Both the position numbers and the translations under genes were made by a program. A stretch of DNA of 48,828 nucleotides, taken from an uncultured Sulfurospirillum sp. Its GTDB lineage: Bacteria > Campylobacterota > Campylobacteria > Campylobacterales > QNZT01. Positions 17,570 through 26,277 of the stretch are shown piece after piece. Under the pieces are notes generated by a model, which made no database searches, was not told where the DNA came from, and was given only the letters and a program-made list of their open reading frames with translations. Location of the stretch: the NCBI GenBank assembly GCA_964384355.1, contig CAYLLC010000005.1:1-48828 (forward strand). Reading direction: 5' to 3'. Each line of letters starts with the position of its first letter. Within the stretch, counting starts at the first letter, position 1.

Positions 17570-18466
17570 GTGGTGAAACAGTATCTCAATAGAAAGACAT
17601 TGCTGGCGATTGCACTGTGTGCTTCGCTGACGCAGGCACATGCGACCAAGCTGGTCCTCCCCGGCACGGTCATATCCAACGGTCAGAAGATGATCGGAAG
17701 CCGCTTCATGGGCTATGTCAAGCATGTCTATGTCAAACTCGGCCAAAAGGTCAAAAGAGAGCAGAATCTCTATGAGATGGAGTCTGCGGAGTTCGATATA
17801 CTCAAGTCCCAGGCCGATCTGATGCTCGAACAGTCGCAGACGGTACTGGAGTTCTGGAAGAAGCGGCTCCACATTCTCAACGAGAAGCGAAAGCGCCTGA
17901 AGAAAAAATCGAAGATGCAGAATATCATGGGAGATCTCGATGATCTCGAAGCGCAGGCGGAGAATGCCCAGACGATGCTCGAAGCCGCACAGGTGATGGT
18001 CAAGCAGGCAGCGATCAAAGCGAAACAGCTGGCCTCCGTCTACAACTATCTCAAGATGAAAGCACCTGCAGACGGCGTCATCGTGATGAAAAACATCAAA
18101 GAGGGCGATATGGTGATGCCCGGAATGCTGACGATCATGATGGTCGACACGGAGGACCTGACGGTCGATGTCACGATCCCTGCCAGCAGTCTCAAAATCG
18201 TCCATGTCGGTCAGAAAGTCGATGTGATCATCGACGCACTCAACTTCAGGACGAGCGGTGTCGTCGATGCGATCATACCCGATGCCAATCCTATGACCCA
18301 CAAAATCAAGATGCGCGTCAAATTCGACAAAAAAGATGCAAATGTCTTCCCCGGCATGTATGCGAAGATCATCGTCGATTCCCAAAGCGATGTCCGAAGC
18401 AACGACACGACCAGCGACGAAACATCCTCCAATAAGCGGAAATTCCACCCTCTCAAACTCGACTGA
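17570..18466 (+). CDS. Efflux periplasmic adaptor (membrane-fusion/HlyD family), second copy
   Basis: The ORF-track start at 17534 is TTG inside the preceding gene. GTG at 17570 or 17573 gives the signal peptide (M)KQYLNRKTLLAIALCASLTQAHA. The lipoyl/hairpin/barrel pattern is paralogous to 22030-22824 (LVLPGTVISNGQKMIGSRFMGYVK versus LELSGTVVSDNRKMITSRYMGFVK). The start is uncertain by a few codons. Confidence 0.7.
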   Translation: MVKQYLNRKTLLAIALCASLTQAHATKLVLPGTVISNGQKMIGSRFMGYVKHVYVKLGQKVKREQNLYEMESAEFDILKSQADLMLEQSQTVLEFWKKRLHILNEKRKRLKKKSKMQNIMGDLDDLEAQAENAQTMLEAAQVMVKQAAIKAKQLASVYNYLKMKAPADGVIVMKNIKEGDMVMPGMLTIMMVDTEDLTVDVTIPASSLKIVHVGQKVDVIIDALNFRTSGVVDAIIPDANPMTHKIKMRVKFDKKDANVFPGMYAKIIVDSQSDVRSNDTTSDETSSNKRKFHPLKLD

Positions 18467-18596
18467 TCCCTCCATGTCAGCACCGCCATATCCTATCGAT
18501 ATGCGCAGGTGCGCTATCTGTGATAGCCGGTTATAGATATTATAAGTAGCGGAATATTTACTGTTTTAATCAATATTTATAGAAATCATAAGAAGC

Positions 18597-18626
18597 GGAG
18601 GAGGAAAATGCTCCTCCCCTTTTTTA
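18597..18626 (+). terminator. Rho-independent terminator after the second adaptor gene
   Basis: ggaggag-gaaaatg-ctcctcc followed by ccTTTTTT, in the gap between convergent genes. Confidence 0.55.
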
Positions 18627-18634
18627 CCAGAAGG

Positions 18635-20305
18635 TCAAATCGCTTTCGTATTGTACATCAGTACCGGAACGAAGAGCAGCGATACCACGACCGCCGCGAC
18701 GGTACCGGAGATCAGCGCCACACCCAGTCCGCCGAAGATCGGATCGGTCGCCAGAAGCGCCGAACCGAGTATGATCGCGACGGCAGTCAGCATGATCGGC
18801 TTGGCACGGGTTGCGGTTGCGACGGCGATCGCTTCACGCTTCTCCATCCCCTTCTCTTCCATCAGCGATTTTGTGAAATCGATCAGCAGCAGAGAGTTTC
18901 TCGAGCTGATGCCCATCAGTGCGATGAATCCGATCAGCGATGTCGCCGTCAGGAAGAAGGTGTCCGTCGTCACCAGATCTGCAACCCAGTGGCCGATAAT
19001 CACACCGATGATGGAGAGGAAGCTGCCACCAAGGATGATGCCGCTGATGGCGAAACTCTTGTAGTAGATCACCAGCAGCAAAAAGATCAGTACCAGCGCA
19101 GCGATAAAGGCACCACCCAGATCGCGGAAGGTATCGAGAGTCACTTTCATCTCACCGTCCCATCGCAGAAGATAGTGCTCGCCCGTCTTTTTGTCGACGA
19201 GCTTCAGGTCGAACATATAGGTCGACATACCGGGCACTTTCGTGACATTGTAATCTTTGCTGAATGTTTCGATCATCTTGTCACGCGCCTCCAGCAGCGG
19301 ATAGACCTGTGACTCCAGATCGGTCTCGGCGATGACATTGAGCATCTTGTGCAGATCTTTGGAGAAGATCGTCGGTGAGCTGTCGACTCTGACGATATTG
19401 ACCAGCTCGTTTACCGGTACCATCATCCCCTTCTGATTCATCAGACGCAGCGAAGAGAGCTTCGCATCGAGTGCTTCTCTCGAACTGTTGTCCAGTTTTC
19501 TGGAGTCGTCGAGCACCACAAAAAGCGGTATCTGATCGGGAGAGTGCTGCGAGTTTTTCACCGCGACCGCCATCCCTTCGAACGCCAGATAGAGTATCTG
19601 GTTGAGCTGTTTGAGCGATACGCCCGATCTGGCGACTTTTTCAGAATCGGCGATCAACTCATATTTGCTGTAGACTTCGTCAGCCATGATATCGACATCG
19701 ACCAGTTTGTCGGTCTTCTGGAGTACCGATTTGACCTTTTGCGCCATACTTCTGATCGATTTTGCATTTTCACCATATACTTCCACGACGATAGAAGCCA
19801 TCGTCGGCGGACCTGCCGGCTGCTCGATCATTTTGATACTCGTTCTGGGCAGCAGTGTTTCGCACTTTTTCTTGACGACAGGCCTGAGTCTGTGGACCAT
19901 CATATAGGATGGCTCTTTGCGCGTATGCTTGTCGGTGAGATTGACGACGATCTCCGCCACATTCTCTCCCTGTTTCAGCGTAGAACCCTTGACCAGTCCT
20001 GCATAATCGAGCGGTGCACCCTGCCCCAGAAAGACTTCCGAATTGATCACCTCTTTCTCATGCGAGAGTATATCGAGCACACAATCGGTAATCTGGTGCG
20101 TCTGCTCGATCGAAGAGCCGGATGGCGCATCGACATAGATCGAGTAGGTGTTGGCACTCTTGCCGGGGAGCATACGTGCTTTGACCAGCTTCGTCGGGAG
20201 CATCATGATGCTCAGGCCCAATGCGACAAAAGTGATGATGATGACCATCAGACGCTTCTTGCGGACGCCGTTGACATTATAAATGAATCTTTCCAGCCAC
20301 TTCAT
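18635..20305 (-). CDS. RND efflux permease, C-terminal half (TM7-12 + second periplasmic loop) as a separate gene
   Basis: 556 aa. Begins at ATG 20305 inside an ATGA overlap with the upstream half. One TM helix is followed by a ~300-aa periplasmic domain and a 5-TM bundle containing GISSRNSLLLIDF (TM10-like). Confidence 0.8.
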   Translation of the reverse strand: MKWLERFIYNVNGVRKKRLMVIIITFVALGLSIMMLPTKLVKARMLPGKSANTYSIYVDAPSGSSIEQTHQITDCVLDILSHEKEVINSEVFLGQGAPLDYAGLVKGSTLKQGENVAEIVVNLTDKHTRKEPSYMMVHRLRPVVKKKCETLLPRTSIKMIEQPAGPPTMASIVVEVYGENAKSIRSMAQKVKSVLQKTDKLVDVDIMADEVYSKYELIADSEKVARSGVSLKQLNQILYLAFEGMAVAVKNSQHSPDQIPLFVVLDDSRKLDNSSREALDAKLSSLRLMNQKGMMVPVNELVNIVRVDSSPTIFSKDLHKMLNVIAETDLESQVYPLLEARDKMIETFSKDYNVTKVPGMSTYMFDLKLVDKKTGEHYLLRWDGEMKVTLDTFRDLGGAFIAALVLIFLLLVIYYKSFAISGIILGGSFLSIIGVIIGHWVADLVTTDTFFLTATSLIGFIALMGISSRNSLLLIDFTKSLMEEKGMEKREAIAVATATRAKPIMLTAVAIILGSALLATDPIFGGLGVALISGTVAAVVVSLLFVPVLMYNTKAI

Positions 20306-22017
20306 GATTTCGCTCCGCCTTTCTCACTCTTTTTTTGAAAATGGTGATGGTGATGATGCAGCTTCGGTTTTTTGAGCATCTTGTTCGCCAGATAGGGCGT
20401 GAAGATATAGGCGACGACCAGTGAAGCGAAGAGCGCTACCGGTACATTGTAAGGGATCGGCTTCATAAATTCACCCATCATCCCGCCGACAAACGCCATC
20501 GGTACCATCGTCAGAATGATCGCGAGCGTCGCGATGTTGGTCGGCGCACCGATCTCGTCGGTCGCGGTGATCATGATCTCATCCTTCTCACGATCGACGG
20601 CATCGTGTGCATGCATATGGCGGTGAATATTCTCGATCACGATAATCGCCGCATCGACCAGCAGACCCAAGCTCAGCAAAAATGCAAAGAGCGTGATACG
20701 GTTGATCGTCTGGCCCGTCAGATAGGCGATAAAGAGCGTCACCGCCAGAATCGCCGGCACGGTGAAAGTGACGATCAAAGACTCTCTCCACCCCAGTGCA
20801 ATCACCAGCACGACCGCGATGATGAGAATCGTAATGACGAGGTGATGGACCAGTTCGTTGACCGCTTCGTCGGCTCTGACACCGTAGTTTCTGGTCACGA
20901 CATAGCCGACACCCAGCTTTTCGAGCTCTTTGCTGTATTTATGCTGCAGCTCTTCGAGCACACCCTCCGCGACGAAGACGGCGTTTGTCCCTTTGAGCTT
21001 GGAGACCGTCAGAGTAATCTGCTCTTTTTTGACGGGATGGGTGCGCTTCTCCTGCGGTGCATGCTTCGCCTCGGCCTCTGCTGCCTCGCCCCCTTCATGT
21101 GCGGGGGCAGGTTTGAGCAGAATCTCCGCGGATTTATAGTTCTGCTTGTCGTAGGAGTCGGTCACGGTCGCGACATCTTTGAGATAGATCGGAGAGTTCA
21201 TGTAGGATGCGACGATCACATTCTTGACATCTTCGACACTGTTGATCGCATTTTTGACACCGAAGATGGTCAGCTTGTTGTCTTTCGTACGCCCTTTGAC
21301 ATCCGGCACCTGTACTGCCAGCGCCTGTACCGCCTGCATGATCTGTCCCATCGAGAGATGGTATCCGGAGAGCTTGTAGAGGTCCACTTCGATATTGTAC
21401 TGCTCTTTGTGCTCCCCTTTGAGTGTCGTTTTGGAGACATTTTCGACGGCATTGAAGTCGTTCTGGATTTTGCGCACCTCTTTGAAGAGGTCGACACGAT
21501 TGAGCGGAGATCCATCTTTGAGATAGAAGGCGATCGTCACGATCGGCACATCGATATCGATATCGAAGGGACGGATCAGCGGCTGCATCGCACCTTTGGG
21601 GAGCTGATCCATATTCTGCATCACTTTGTCGTAGAGTTTCAGATTCGAATCTTCGCGGTTCTCACCGATCTTGTACATGACATTGATGATACCGACATTG
21701 TCCGCTGCCATACCGTAGATATGTTTGATACCGGAGATCTCGCGTAGTTTACGCTCCAGCGGTTTGACGATGATATTGTCGATCTCTTCGGGGGTCGATC
21801 CCGGCAGCGGTACGATGATCGTACCGCCGCTGATCGCGATCTGCGGATCCTCCTCACGGGGCATCACCACCAGCGAGAGATAGCCCATCGCCAGCAGGAA
21901 TACCGCCAGTATCGGTGTCAGGGGATTGTAGATGAAGGCTTTCGCCAGTTTGCCGGCGACATCCGTCACCGGTACCTTCGCGACCGCTTCCTCTCTGTTC
22001 TCTTGATTCTTATCCAT
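20302..22017 (-). CDS. RND efflux permease, N-terminal half (TM1-6 + first periplasmic loop), ending in a natural His6 tail
   Basis: 571 aa. AcrB-like N-terminus (FIYNPLTPILAVFLLAMG...PREEDPQI) and a TM4 motif GLLVDAAIIVIEN followed by IHRHMHAH. The C-terminus is KPKLHHHHHHFQKKSEKGGAKS. Confidence 0.8.
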   Translation of the reverse strand: MDKNQENREEAVAKVPVTDVAGKLAKAFIYNPLTPILAVFLLAMGYLSLVVMPREEDPQIAISGGTIIVPLPGSTPEEIDNIIVKPLERKLREISGIKHIYGMAADNVGIINVMYKIGENREDSNLKLYDKVMQNMDQLPKGAMQPLIRPFDIDIDVPIVTIAFYLKDGSPLNRVDLFKEVRKIQNDFNAVENVSKTTLKGEHKEQYNIEVDLYKLSGYHLSMGQIMQAVQALAVQVPDVKGRTKDNKLTIFGVKNAINSVEDVKNVIVASYMNSPIYLKDVATVTDSYDKQNYKSAEILLKPAPAHEGGEAAEAEAKHAPQEKRTHPVKKEQITLTVSKLKGTNAVFVAEGVLEELQHKYSKELEKLGVGYVVTRNYGVRADEAVNELVHHLVITILIIAVVLVIALGWRESLIVTFTVPAILAVTLFIAYLTGQTINRITLFAFLLSLGLLVDAAIIVIENIHRHMHAHDAVDREKDEIMITATDEIGAPTNIATLAIILTMVPMAFVGGMMGEFMKPIPYNVPVALFASLVVAYIFTPYLANKMLKKPKLHHHHHHFQKKSEKGGAKS

Positions 22018-22029
22018 ATTGTTTTTCCT

Positions 22030-22824
22030 CTACTCTTCGAATGTGATCTTGCTGTAGAGACCGGGATAGACGATTTTACCCTCTTTAGGGAAGGAGATCT
22101 TCACTTTGAAGGTGTGTGTCATCGGGTTGGAGCTCGGGATGATCGCCGAAATCTCCCCTTCGTTGTCGATCTTGACGGAGGGAATCTGTACATGCACTTT
22201 TTTGCCCAGCTTGATAAAGTGAAGGTTTTTCTCCGAAATCTCCGTCACGATTCTGAGCCGGCTCAGATCGGTCAGCACCATCGCAGGCATGCCAGGCATC
22301 GCCATCTCACCCTCGTTGATGTTTTTCTGCACGATGACGCCGTCGTTGGGTGCTTTGACTTTCAGATAGTTGTACTGGTTGAGTACCTCTTTGAGTCGTG
22401 CTTTGGCCTGTTCGACCTGTTTTCTGGCGATCTTGACCATGTCGCGCAGATTCCGCTCCTGCAATTGAATCCCTTCGTACTGTGCTTTGGAGACGATCCC
22501 TTTCGCGCGCAGCCTGCGGTTTCTCTGCAGGTTGAGCAGCGCGTTGGCATGCTGATTGAGATACATCTGCAGCGAGAGACTCGCCTGCTGAATCGCCAGC
22601 TCTACCTGTGACTTCGCACTGTCGATCTCTTTAGAGTCGATCTCATAGAGCAGATCTCCCTTTTTGACACGGTCACCCTCCGCCACTTTCACCTGCTTGA
22701 CAAAGCCCATATAGCGGCTCGTGATCATCTTCCGGTTGTCCGAGACGACCGTCCCCGACAACTCCAGCTTGTTCGCATAGGCGTAGATACCCAGCAAAGC
22801 CAATAGCAACACGATCTTCTTCAT
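22030..22824 (-). CDS. Efflux periplasmic adaptor (membrane-fusion/HlyD family), first copy
   Basis: 264 aa. AGGAG RBS and signal peptide MKKIVLLLALLGIYAYA. Lies between the TolC-like gene and the RND half-genes. Confidence 0.8.
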   Translation of the reverse strand: MKKIVLLLALLGIYAYANKLELSGTVVSDNRKMITSRYMGFVKQVKVAEGDRVKKGDLLYEIDSKEIDSAKSQVELAIQQASLSLQMYLNQHANALLNLQRNRRLRAKGIVSKAQYEGIQLQERNLRDMVKIARKQVEQAKARLKEVLNQYNYLKVKAPNDGVIVQKNINEGEMAMPGMPAMVLTDLSRLRIVTEISEKNLHFIKLGKKVHVQIPSVKIDNEGEISAIIPSSNPMTHTFKVKISFPKEGKIVYPGLYSKITFEE

Positions 22825-22832
22825 TTTCTCTC

Positions 22833-24281
22833 CTAATATGCTAATCTGTAGACTTCCAGAATCTTCTGGTTGCGCAGATTCTGTACTCTCAATAGTTTCA
22901 GCAGCTTCTCGATCTGCTCGGACTGTTTAATCACGACATCGTTGATCGAAGCAAGCCCCTCTTTGTAGCGCTCCTGATAGTTGTTATAGATCTCCTGAGA
23001 GAGCTCGAGCTCTTTTTTGAGGCTCTCCACCTGTTTGTCCGCATTGGCGATTTCGGTCGTGATCTTTTTGTACTTCAGCGCGATTCCCTTTCTGGCGAGC
23101 TCCACCTGTCGTTTGACCTTCATACGCTTGAGCTTCTCCTGCTCCACTTTGTAGAGGTCCGTGCCGCCGTTGAAAACATTCAGCTTCGCCTGTACACCGA
23201 CGGTATAGCGGTCATGGTCTTTGAAGTGCCCCAGAAAGGTGTTGTCACTGCTGCCATACTCCACGAAAGCACCTACTTCCGGCTGAAACGCCGATTTGGA
23301 GACATCGACCATCTTGCTCTGGATATCGAGCCCCAGCTCCGCCTTTTTGATATCGCGGTTGCGCTTGAGGACATTCTGCAGCGGTATCTTGCAATCGAAG
23401 GTATCGAGTGAGACATGTTTGATCGATTTCACTTCATGATCGAGCAGAAAGCTCAGAAAATCGTAGGAGAGGTCTCTGTTCGCCCTCGCTTCGAAAAGCA
23501 TTCTGTCGACATTGGAGAGTTTGGCTTCCACTTCCAGCAGGTCGGTATTTTTGGCATATCCCTCTTTTTTGAACTCCAGCGTCGCATCTTTGAGCTGCTC
23601 GATATTTCTTTTGATCGTACTCAGGTCATGCTCGAATTTATCCAGCAGTGAGATATCGTAGTAGGTTTTGCGTATCTCGAAAGATTTCTGCGCTTCCACT
23701 TTCTGTTTGTCCAGACGCGCCATTTTCGCCATATTCTCGGCGATTTTTTTGTAGTTGCTCAACTTGAAACCGGTATAGAGCGGCAGCATGTACTGCACTT
23801 TCAGATCGTAGTGGTTTCTCGCATCGGGGTAGTTGAGTCTGTCGGGCATCGTATCGAGCAGCTGCTTCTGCGCCTGGGGATTGCCGAAGTTCTGTGCGAA
23901 TGTGTTGAAATCACCGGGCGTACCGTCCGGATTCATCATCGCCTGCCCGAACGCACCCAGAAACTGATCGAAGCCGAAATCACCGAAAGTCGCTTCACGG
24001 CTCTGCAGCTTGAATCCGAAGACATTTCCCGCATCGTTCGAACGGAGTCCGGAGAGTGTTGCATCGATCTTACCGAAGTTGTACCCGCGTGCGATTTTGA
24101 CGCCGAGTTTCGCGATCTTCCTGTCGAACTCCGCGATATCGATCTCGATATTCTGTCTGTTCGCCAGACGGAGTGCTTTTTTGAGCGGTAGGTTGGTATA
24201 GGCTTTCGTGCTGTCTGCATCGTTGTCTGCATCGAGGCAACCGTATAGCAGCAACAGCACCCCGAGAAGTTTGAACACCAT
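22833..24281 (-). CDS. TolC-family outer-membrane efflux protein (probable lipoprotein)
   Basis: An AGGAG RBS precedes ATG at 24281, giving MVFKLLGVLLLLYGC. This is more plausible than the 24320 start. The protein shows the duplicated coiled-coil/beta-barrel repeat typical of outer-membrane factors. Confidence 0.8.
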   Translation of the reverse strand: MVFKLLGVLLLLYGCLDADNDADSTKAYTNLPLKKALRLANRQNIEIDIAEFDRKIAKLGVKIARGYNFGKIDATLSGLRSNDAGNVFGFKLQSREATFGDFGFDQFLGAFGQAMMNPDGTPGDFNTFAQNFGNPQAQKQLLDTMPDRLNYPDARNHYDLKVQYMLPLYTGFKLSNYKKIAENMAKMARLDKQKVEAQKSFEIRKTYYDISLLDKFEHDLSTIKRNIEQLKDATLEFKKEGYAKNTDLLEVEAKLSNVDRMLFEARANRDLSYDFLSFLLDHEVKSIKHVSLDTFDCKIPLQNVLKRNRDIKKAELGLDIQSKMVDVSKSAFQPEVGAFVEYGSSDNTFLGHFKDHDRYTVGVQAKLNVFNGGTDLYKVEQEKLKRMKVKRQVELARKGIALKYKKITTEIANADKQVESLKKELELSQEIYNNYQERYKEGLASINDVVIKQSEQIEKLLKLLRVQNLRNQKILEVYRLAY

Positions 24282-24360
24282 CGTATCTCCTGTCTCTTTA
24301 TATAGGATAAAATAGTTCAAATCATACAGGAATGTTACTTACAATTCAATTGTATATACC

Positions 24361-24387
24361 GCACCGCAGGCCCTGAAGCTGCGGCGC
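24361..24387 (-). terminator. Imperfect hairpin downstream of serA
   Basis: gcaccgcag-gccctgaag-ctgcggcgc, a 9-bp stem with one mismatch and no clear U-tract. Confidence 0.3.
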
Positions 24388-24412
24388 AAGTCCAGATAGA
24401 GATAACTGTTTT

Positions 24413-25999
24413 TTATATTACGGCGTACGATACCCAGTTGCATTCCGGGATGGAGGAGAGCTCTTTGAGAATCTCTCTGGAGATTTCGTCGTCGACCAGT
24501 ACGACTGCGAGTGCCGACCCTTTGCCGTCACGGCCGAGTCTGAAGTCCGCGATATTGATATCATGGGTGCTGAGTGCCGTCGTGATCTGTGCGATGACAC
24601 CCCTTTTGTCTTTGTTGGAGAAGAAGAGCATCTTCCCTTTGGGTTTGAAGTCGAGTTTGATGTCGTTGATATTGACGATCTTCTCATGAATATCGGAAAA
24701 GACCGTACCGCCGATACGCAGGCTCTCTTTTTCCGTCGTCAGCGTCACTTCGATCTTGTTTTTGTACTCACTGACATTGGGGACTTTGCTGCTTTGGAGG
24801 TCGATACCCTGCTCTTTGGCGACAAACTCCGCATTGACATAGTTGATCTTCTCGCCCATAGACTCCTTGAGTGCACCGACGAGCGCGAAGGTACGCAGGC
24901 TGTCGACATACTCCGCCACCTCGCCTTCCGCCTCTATTTTAAAGCGCTTGATATGCCCACGGTTGATCTGTGCAGCAAGATAGCCGATCTTCTGGGCAAG
25001 CTCCAGATAGGGCTTGACGAAAGCGGGCAGTTCACTCTCTTTGATCGGCAGGTTCAGCGCATTCGGATAGCTGGTACCGCGTGCTGCACTGATCGCCTGC
25101 TCGACCGCCTGTGTCGCGATCTTCTCCTGTGACTCGAGCGTATTGGCACCCAGGTGTGGCGTGACGGAGATATTCTCCAGATCGAGCAGTTTGTTGTCGG
25201 TCGCGGGCTCTTTGACGAAGACATCGATACCGGCATACGCCACTTTGCCGCTTTTGAGCCCATCATAGAGGGCATCTTCATTGTAGAGTCCGCCTCTGGC
25301 ACAGTTGATCAGACGCACACCCTCTTTCATCTTCGCGATCTCCTCCGCGCCGATCATATCGATCGTCTCTTTGGTCTTCGGGGTGTGGATCGTGATGAAA
25401 TCACATGCGAGGATCTCGTCGAAATCGGTCGTATAGGTGACACCCATATCGAGCGCTTTGGCAGGATCAATATAGGGATCGTAGGTGATCACATCCATCT
25501 CGAACGCCTGCGCACGCTTCGCCACACGGCTGCCGATGTTACCGAATCCGATGATACCCAGTTTTTTGTCTTTGAGTTCGATGCCGTACCACTTCTCGCG
25601 CTTCCAGATGCGGTCGAGTTTCAGGTGGTTGTTGGCATTCGGAAAGCTGCGTGCCGCAGCCAGCATATGTGCCATCGTCAATTCGACCGCAGCGATCGTA
25701 TTGGCTGTCGGAACATTCATGACGATGATACCCTTCTTGCTGCACCCCTCGATATCGACATTGTCGACCCCGACACCGGCACGCACGATCGCCTTGATAT
25801 GGGTCGCTTTCTCCAGAAAGCGGCTGTCCACATCCGTCGAGCTGCGGGTGATCGCGACATCGTAATCACCGACGACATCGAGCAGCTTCTCTTTGTCCAT
25901 ATCGGAAGCGTCGAGAAATTCGATATCACGCTCTGCCGCCAGCAGGTCGAGACCCTTCTGATGAATTTTGTCACAGACAATGATTTTTTTTGTTTGCAT
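24413..25999 (-). CDS. serA: D-3-phosphoglycerate dehydrogenase (long form with ASB and ACT domains)
   Basis: 528 aa. NAD-binding GIIGFGNIGSRVA, catalytic region RGG...H, and a C-terminal ACT-like domain. Confidence 0.92.
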   Translation of the reverse strand: MQTKKIIVCDKIHQKGLDLLAAERDIEFLDASDMDKEKLLDVVGDYDVAITRSSTDVDSRFLEKATHIKAIVRAGVGVDNVDIEGCSKKGIIVMNVPTANTIAAVELTMAHMLAAARSFPNANNHLKLDRIWKREKWYGIELKDKKLGIIGFGNIGSRVAKRAQAFEMDVITYDPYIDPAKALDMGVTYTTDFDEILACDFITIHTPKTKETIDMIGAEEIAKMKEGVRLINCARGGLYNEDALYDGLKSGKVAYAGIDVFVKEPATDNKLLDLENISVTPHLGANTLESQEKIATQAVEQAISAARGTSYPNALNLPIKESELPAFVKPYLELAQKIGYLAAQINRGHIKRFKIEAEGEVAEYVDSLRTFALVGALKESMGEKINYVNAEFVAKEQGIDLQSSKVPNVSEYKNKIEVTLTTEKESLRIGGTVFSDIHEKIVNINDIKLDFKPKGKMLFFSNKDKRGVIAQITTALSTHDINIADFRLGRDGKGSALAVVLVDDEISREILKELSSIPECNWVSYAVI

Positions 26000-26007
26000 A
26001 TATTCCC

Positions 26008-26268
26008 CTAATTTAGATTGATATGATAGACAGTTCGCGGGTAAGAAAAAATATTTTGTTTGCGCTGCAGCTGCAGCTTGTATATCCAGCTCTCCCGGGC
26101 GGACAGATCCTCCAGAACCACTTCTACATCGGAAGGAGCCTGTTGATCTCCCGGGAGGGGGATCGGTTTTCGATCGGGTGATATGTAGCGAAAGAGCAGC
26201 ACCAGCATGATGACGACGCCCGCCGTCAGCGAGACAAACACACCATAGAGTATGCCGCGGTGCTGCAT
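26008..26268 (-). CDS. Small single-TM hypothetical protein
   Basis: 86 aa with ATG start and one TM helix (ILYGVFVSLTAGVVIMLVLLF). It occupies the slot between serA and rpsA that also holds a small hypothetical gene in H. pylori, as I recall. Confidence 0.5.
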   Translation of the reverse strand: MQHRGILYGVFVSLTAGVVIMLVLLFRYISPDRKPIPLPGDQQAPSDVEVVLEDLSARESWIYKLQLQRKQNIFSYPRTVYHINLN

Positions 26269-26277
26269 CGTCTCCGC

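Noticed and set aside
20326-20332. An A7 tract in the tail of the N-terminal RND half as a slipped-strand switch that could fuse the two halves.
   Set aside because: I translated the +1 and -1 variants. A8 creates an immediate TGA, and A6 reads into a frame that is not the frame of the downstream ATG. Neither gives a fusion.
18635-22017. The two RND ORFs as a frameshifted pseudogene.
   Set aside because: The junction is a clean ATGA stop/start overlap placed at the natural boundary between the two structural halves. The N-half has its own non-homologous tail (His6...), and the C-half starts with Met followed by a normal pre-TM7 segment. An assembly error cannot be fully excluded without reads.
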